Source: Histomonas meleagridis 2922-C6/04-290x
Lineage: Eukaryota > Protista > Parabasalia
Assembly: GCA_020184695.1 (NCBI GenBank)
Contig: JAANOX010000115.1
Location: 1 to 34,088 of the forward strand
Length of the DNA stretch: 34,088 nt
Direction of reading: 5' to 3'
The notes under the pieces: generated by a model
Database searches by the model: none
The model's input: the letters and a program-made list of their open reading frames with translations, nothing else
Told to the model about the DNA's origin: nothing
Position numbers and translations under genes: made by a program
Shown here: positions 30,330 through 34,088 of the stretch, piece by piece
Layout of the letters: every line of letters starts with the position of its first letter
Numbering within the stretch: position 1 is the stretch's first letter

Positions 30330-33300
30330 TTAAATTTCAGGTGCTGAATCTGAGTATTTGCTCTTTTTCTTCTTCAAGACGACATTTATCACCACAACAA
30401 TCACCGCAATCACTAAAACAACAGCAATGACAATTGCCGCAATTTCGCCACCGCCCAGCGAACTCGAATTCTGTCCATCAGAATTGGAACTAATTGCACC
30501 AGAAGTTACATTACCTTCTTCATATTCATTGGTTGTCTAAGTCACTGTCTCTGACTCTTCCGCCGGTGTAAAGGAGCCTTCGCCTGACAACAGCACGCCG
30601 TCGTCTGTTATGAATCCTGCGATTGCGACTTCGCCATTGATGTCCCTGATTTTCAGTTCGTGGACACTTTCGGCGTCGATGTCGTTCATTATGAACAGCA
30701 GCGACATGTACAGACGCGTTTCCGCTCCGTTCGCGCGCGAGTTCTTTTGTGACGTTGTCATTTTGCTCGTGTCGAATGTTCCGATTTCTTCGTCATCCAA
30801 ATACACTTTCTGTGCTTGCAGCGCGCGCTTTGCTTGAACTCGATCTTGCGTATTGACGTGCCGCCAGGATTACCGTTCATCCATGTTTCCGTGTTATTGT
30901 ACGTGTACAACTGAAGTTTCGAAACATGTGTACGATCTATCAAATAAAAATGTCGTCGTCATCAGACGTGTAATGTCCAAAGTAAATCGTTTCGTTGTCA
31001 CATCGTAATTCAATCGTAGAGTTCATTTTGAATGTGTTTTTGTTACTTCCCAACACAATTTCATTAAATGAAGTATATCCTGCAAAGTCAATTTCGAACT
31101 CTTGTGGAAACGGAACTTCTGAAACTGCGCGCGTGCGACAATTATCGCATTGTCCACCATTTACTGAATTGTTAATGCCTTCGCCACTTAAAAGAGGAGG
31201 ATATTTGGAAAATGTGAAATTATCTGGCGATGGAATTATGGAATTCGTGCCTTTGTAATCGAAGTTCCATGAAAATGTCGGAATCGTCGGCACAAAGTCA
31301 ATGATTTCTGTCGAACCATAACCATTGAGAACAATCATATTCTGTGAAACATCGATGACACTGTCAGAGTTGAAATTACCGTTCGAATCTTTTAATGCGA
31401 TATCCAACACTTCCGCCGCCATCACCATCAGCATTTTGCATCACAACTTGATAATCATATTCCTTACCTTCTTCAAGTCGAATTTCCTCAGATGGATAAT
31501 TCGTATTATCATTCGTGTGCCATTCATTTAAAATTAAGATTAAATATGGCGCATCGTCTGTTGGATTTCCTTTGAGTTCATGTTCACTGATATAAAACGC
31601 TGCCTCTTCGTCATGCTTCATATAGAATACGTATGTGCCGCTCTGTCGTGGAACAATTTTTCCCTTATTGATGCAGAGCCATGGGAGTGTCGAATAATTC
31701 AAATTATTATTGATCTTAATTCCAGTAGTGAGATATTTGTCCTCGTATTCCTTGTCTTGTATGCTGTTGAAGCCATGCGTCAAATTGCCTGACTTAAAGT
31801 CGATGTTATAATATGAAAATGTTTCGCCAAATTGCACTGTCGGCTGTATCTTGACAATGCACGTCGTTTCTTCCTTGTTGACAACATCACGATAAACAAC
31901 ATAAAACTTATTGAGTAAGGTGCCTTTCGGTGTGTAATCGTATGTACCTTCGTCAACTAAGTCAAATGTCGCGTTTTCGCCGCCATAATATCGAACAAAT
32001 TCGAAGTCGTGCATTCCATATTTCGCTCGCGTTAATATGTCGCGTTTGAAGTATAGTCGCGTCGTTTCGCCTGCAGGAACTTGATACGGACGCGACGTTT
32101 CCGTTTCTTCACCATCAACGATATATCCGCATTGGTAAACAAGTCCAATCGGATGAAATTCTTTGTAACCTGCTTTGCGAACTTCTTCCAATGATTCTTC
32201 CTTATAATAAGTCGTGTCATTGAGATTCGCCGCAGCAATTAATGACGCATACGAATTAAAATATGGTATTAAGTTACGCTGTAATACTTTGCACGCGGTC
32301 ATGAAGTAACGCGCAGGCCGTGTGAGTGTAGTTGAGTCACCATCGCTGTGATAGTAATATGTGTTATAGCGATCTGCATGAATGATTTCGAGCGTTTTCT
32401 CTTGGCCAAATGCATACATAAGATTCGCATAAAGTGTTAACACAACATTACCTCCTTCGTAGTTAAGAATTCCGTTTTGATGTGTAACATATGACCAGCC
32501 ATCATTGGAAGTGGCTGACATTGTTCCGTCACCATTTGGTGTACGTGTGGAACTAATCGGCGTGTAAAGTGAATATGTAATTATCGCATATATATTATTC
32601 GATGCTTCCCCATATCTCTCGAAGCCCCAATCCTGGAAGTGGTGTCCGTACTCGTGAATGGTTCCCCAGCAGCCCTGGCGCTGCGAGTTATAATTAACAA
32701 TTGATCCTGACCAATAATTCGGTGCTCGAACAATATTTGCGCCTTGTACTGCATAAGCTTCCCCAACTCGAACATACGAATCTAAGTACCAATAATTTGG
32801 ATTTTGAACTCTTCCATCACTTCGGCGATCATTGTATGCGATCTCTCCACCACTGTATGTAATGACACTAACGCCGCGTAGAAATGCCATCGCATCATTT
32901 AGTTGTGTTGCACTGCGTATTGTTGATGATGGTAACTGAATATGAACTGCACCGGTGTCTAAGAATGTGTACGGACCTGGATATTGGCGAATTGTGTCTT
33001 CCCATTCTTCATCGGTAGTGGAACCATATCGGAAATATGGTGATAATATTACGCCTGAAATGTTGACTTCAAAATTGTTGGTATATTTATCAATACCAAA
33101 ACTAAAAACAAGATTTCCACCAAGTGGCCATCCAAATTTGGTAACACGACCTGTAATACTAATTTTTGTGGTACATCCTAATATTGGATAACGTGGAGTT
33201 CTTGTGACATCATCAACATTTTCTGCATGATTGTTAACTGTAATTGAGACGCCGTTAGCATGCTTCTCAGGAAGTTCAATCGTTATTAACTCGCCTGGTG

Positions 33301-33761
33301 GAACATATAATGCTGTAGTATGTTGTTCTGCATAATTCGGATTAAATATGTAACGAACTTTGTAACGTTTTTTGCATTGAAAATAACTTCTTTGTCACCA
33401 TTTAATTGTTCAACTCCAACAGGATGAGCATAAAGTTCATCCTGTGTTAGATCTGGTGAATTCTTACAAAAGTCTTCTTTTATTGCTGTAGCTTCTGTTT
33501 TGACAGCATTTGCATCTCATTGAGGTTATGACCTTGCCAACCATAATCAGATTCTGCAATTTCTGGATATCTATCTGGGTGTAACGCATGTAATTCAGAA
33601 ACTGACTTGATATTTGAAGGCTTTGATACTTCTTCAAGAATTTCATAACTATCAAATTCTTGTGTTTGAACAGTGTCTGTACCGGGATGACCTACAACAG
33701 ATTTAGTGTAGCTAAAACTTTGATGTACAAATATTGCTTGCAGCAAGAAGCAAACAATCAT
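30330..33761 (-). pseudogene. M60-like (enhancin-type gluzincin) surface metallopeptidase with PA14 and carbohydrate-binding-like domains, TM and tail; about 6 lesions
   Basis: Signal MIVCFLLQAIFVHQSFS; TALYVPPGELITI; PYFRYGSTTDEEW; WGTIHEYGHHFQ...GEASNNI; PA14-like GKIVPRQSGTYVFYMKHDE...LEEGKEY; FPQEFEIDF; GGGEIAAIVIAVVLVIAVIVVVINVVL-KKKKSKYSDSAPEI*. Frameshifts at about 33516, 33370, 31391, 30945 and 30810-30870, plus an in-frame TAG at 30537-30539. Confidence 0.88.
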
Positions 33762-34088
33762 CGAAGTGTTCAAACCGTTTCTTTTTTCAAATTTTGAATT
33801 GGAAAGATTACCCTCCGAAGTAAACATATCAAAATTGTGTTAACACAATTGAAACTACTTTTTAAATTGATAAACAAATGCTCCATCAACAAAAATAAAG
33901 TTTACACCAATTTTCCATAAGTTTACCACCACGAAACATTTGCATTAAAATTATTAATCACCTTTATCTTAGTTCCCATAAAGATATTAATACGCAATGG
34001 CTTTATGTGTAATGATTATTTCATTACTTTGAAGTGATAACAGATGACAAATTTTGGCACATAAATTAATGAAAAACAAAACGAATGT

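Noticed and set aside
33442-33467. Intron-like 26-mer on the minus strand, GTAAGAATTCACCAGATCTAACACAG, in the M60-like gene
   Set aside because: Splicing creates T|GA and enters a frame with several TGA stops. The unspliced frame reads a sensible DFCKNSPDLTQDELYAHP, and the branch-to-AG spacing is shorter than in either known class.
1337-33655. The many short antisense or overlapping ORFs in the track (e.g. 2373-2633, 3089-3382, 13266-13784, 15598-15861, 18936-19232, 23084-23575, 25779-26057, 32955-33191)
   Set aside because: They are shadows of real genes or of repeats and low-complexity sequence, with no independent motifs or promoter signals.
33833-33850. 18-bp perfect palindrome AATTGTGTTAACACAATT upstream of the M60-like gene
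   Set aside because: A rough estimate for AT-rich 34-kb DNA gives an expectation of order one such palindrome by chance.
1-34088. CRISPR arrays, tRNA/rRNA genes, transposase ORFs or terminal inverted repeats
   Set aside because: None recognised. The tandem repeats are coding, spacer-less and inside eukaryotic genes.

Overview
AT-rich, gene-dense, almost intron-free eukaryotic DNA whose signals point to a parabasalid (trichomonad-type: Trichomonas/Tritrichomonas/Histomonas group; species cannot be fixed from this window). The signals are the RRCSGTTD/GACCGTT core-promoter motif before many ATGs, TCAYT-like initiators, a GTACGT...ACTAACACATAG intron, and BspA-like and M60-like surface families. 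Intact genes: HMG-box protein, farnesyl/geranylgeranyl-PP synthase, coiled-coil protein, TMEM181/Wntless-like membrane protein, TIGR02452 bacterial-type PARG, a 528-aa protein split by a 24-nt intron that the ORF track shows as two ORFs, a sucrose-transporter-like GPH permease, a MacroD-type macrodomain protein, RPN5, a small membrane protein, an FKBP and a 1088-aa type I surface protein. Several otherwise complete genes carry one or two lesions: Rho GTPase (+1), MCM8-like (in-frame TAA), centrin (TTG in place of ATG), importin-like (in-frame TAA) and a RING protein (two +1). A 3.4-kb M60-like/PA14 peptidase gene is broken about six times. Between these lie decayed BspA-like surface-gene relics, two of which share a 97.5%-identical cytoplasmic-tail module 23 kb apart. 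No rRNA, tRNA, CRISPR array or recognisable transposon was found. All calls come from manual translation and motif recognition; no database searches were run.
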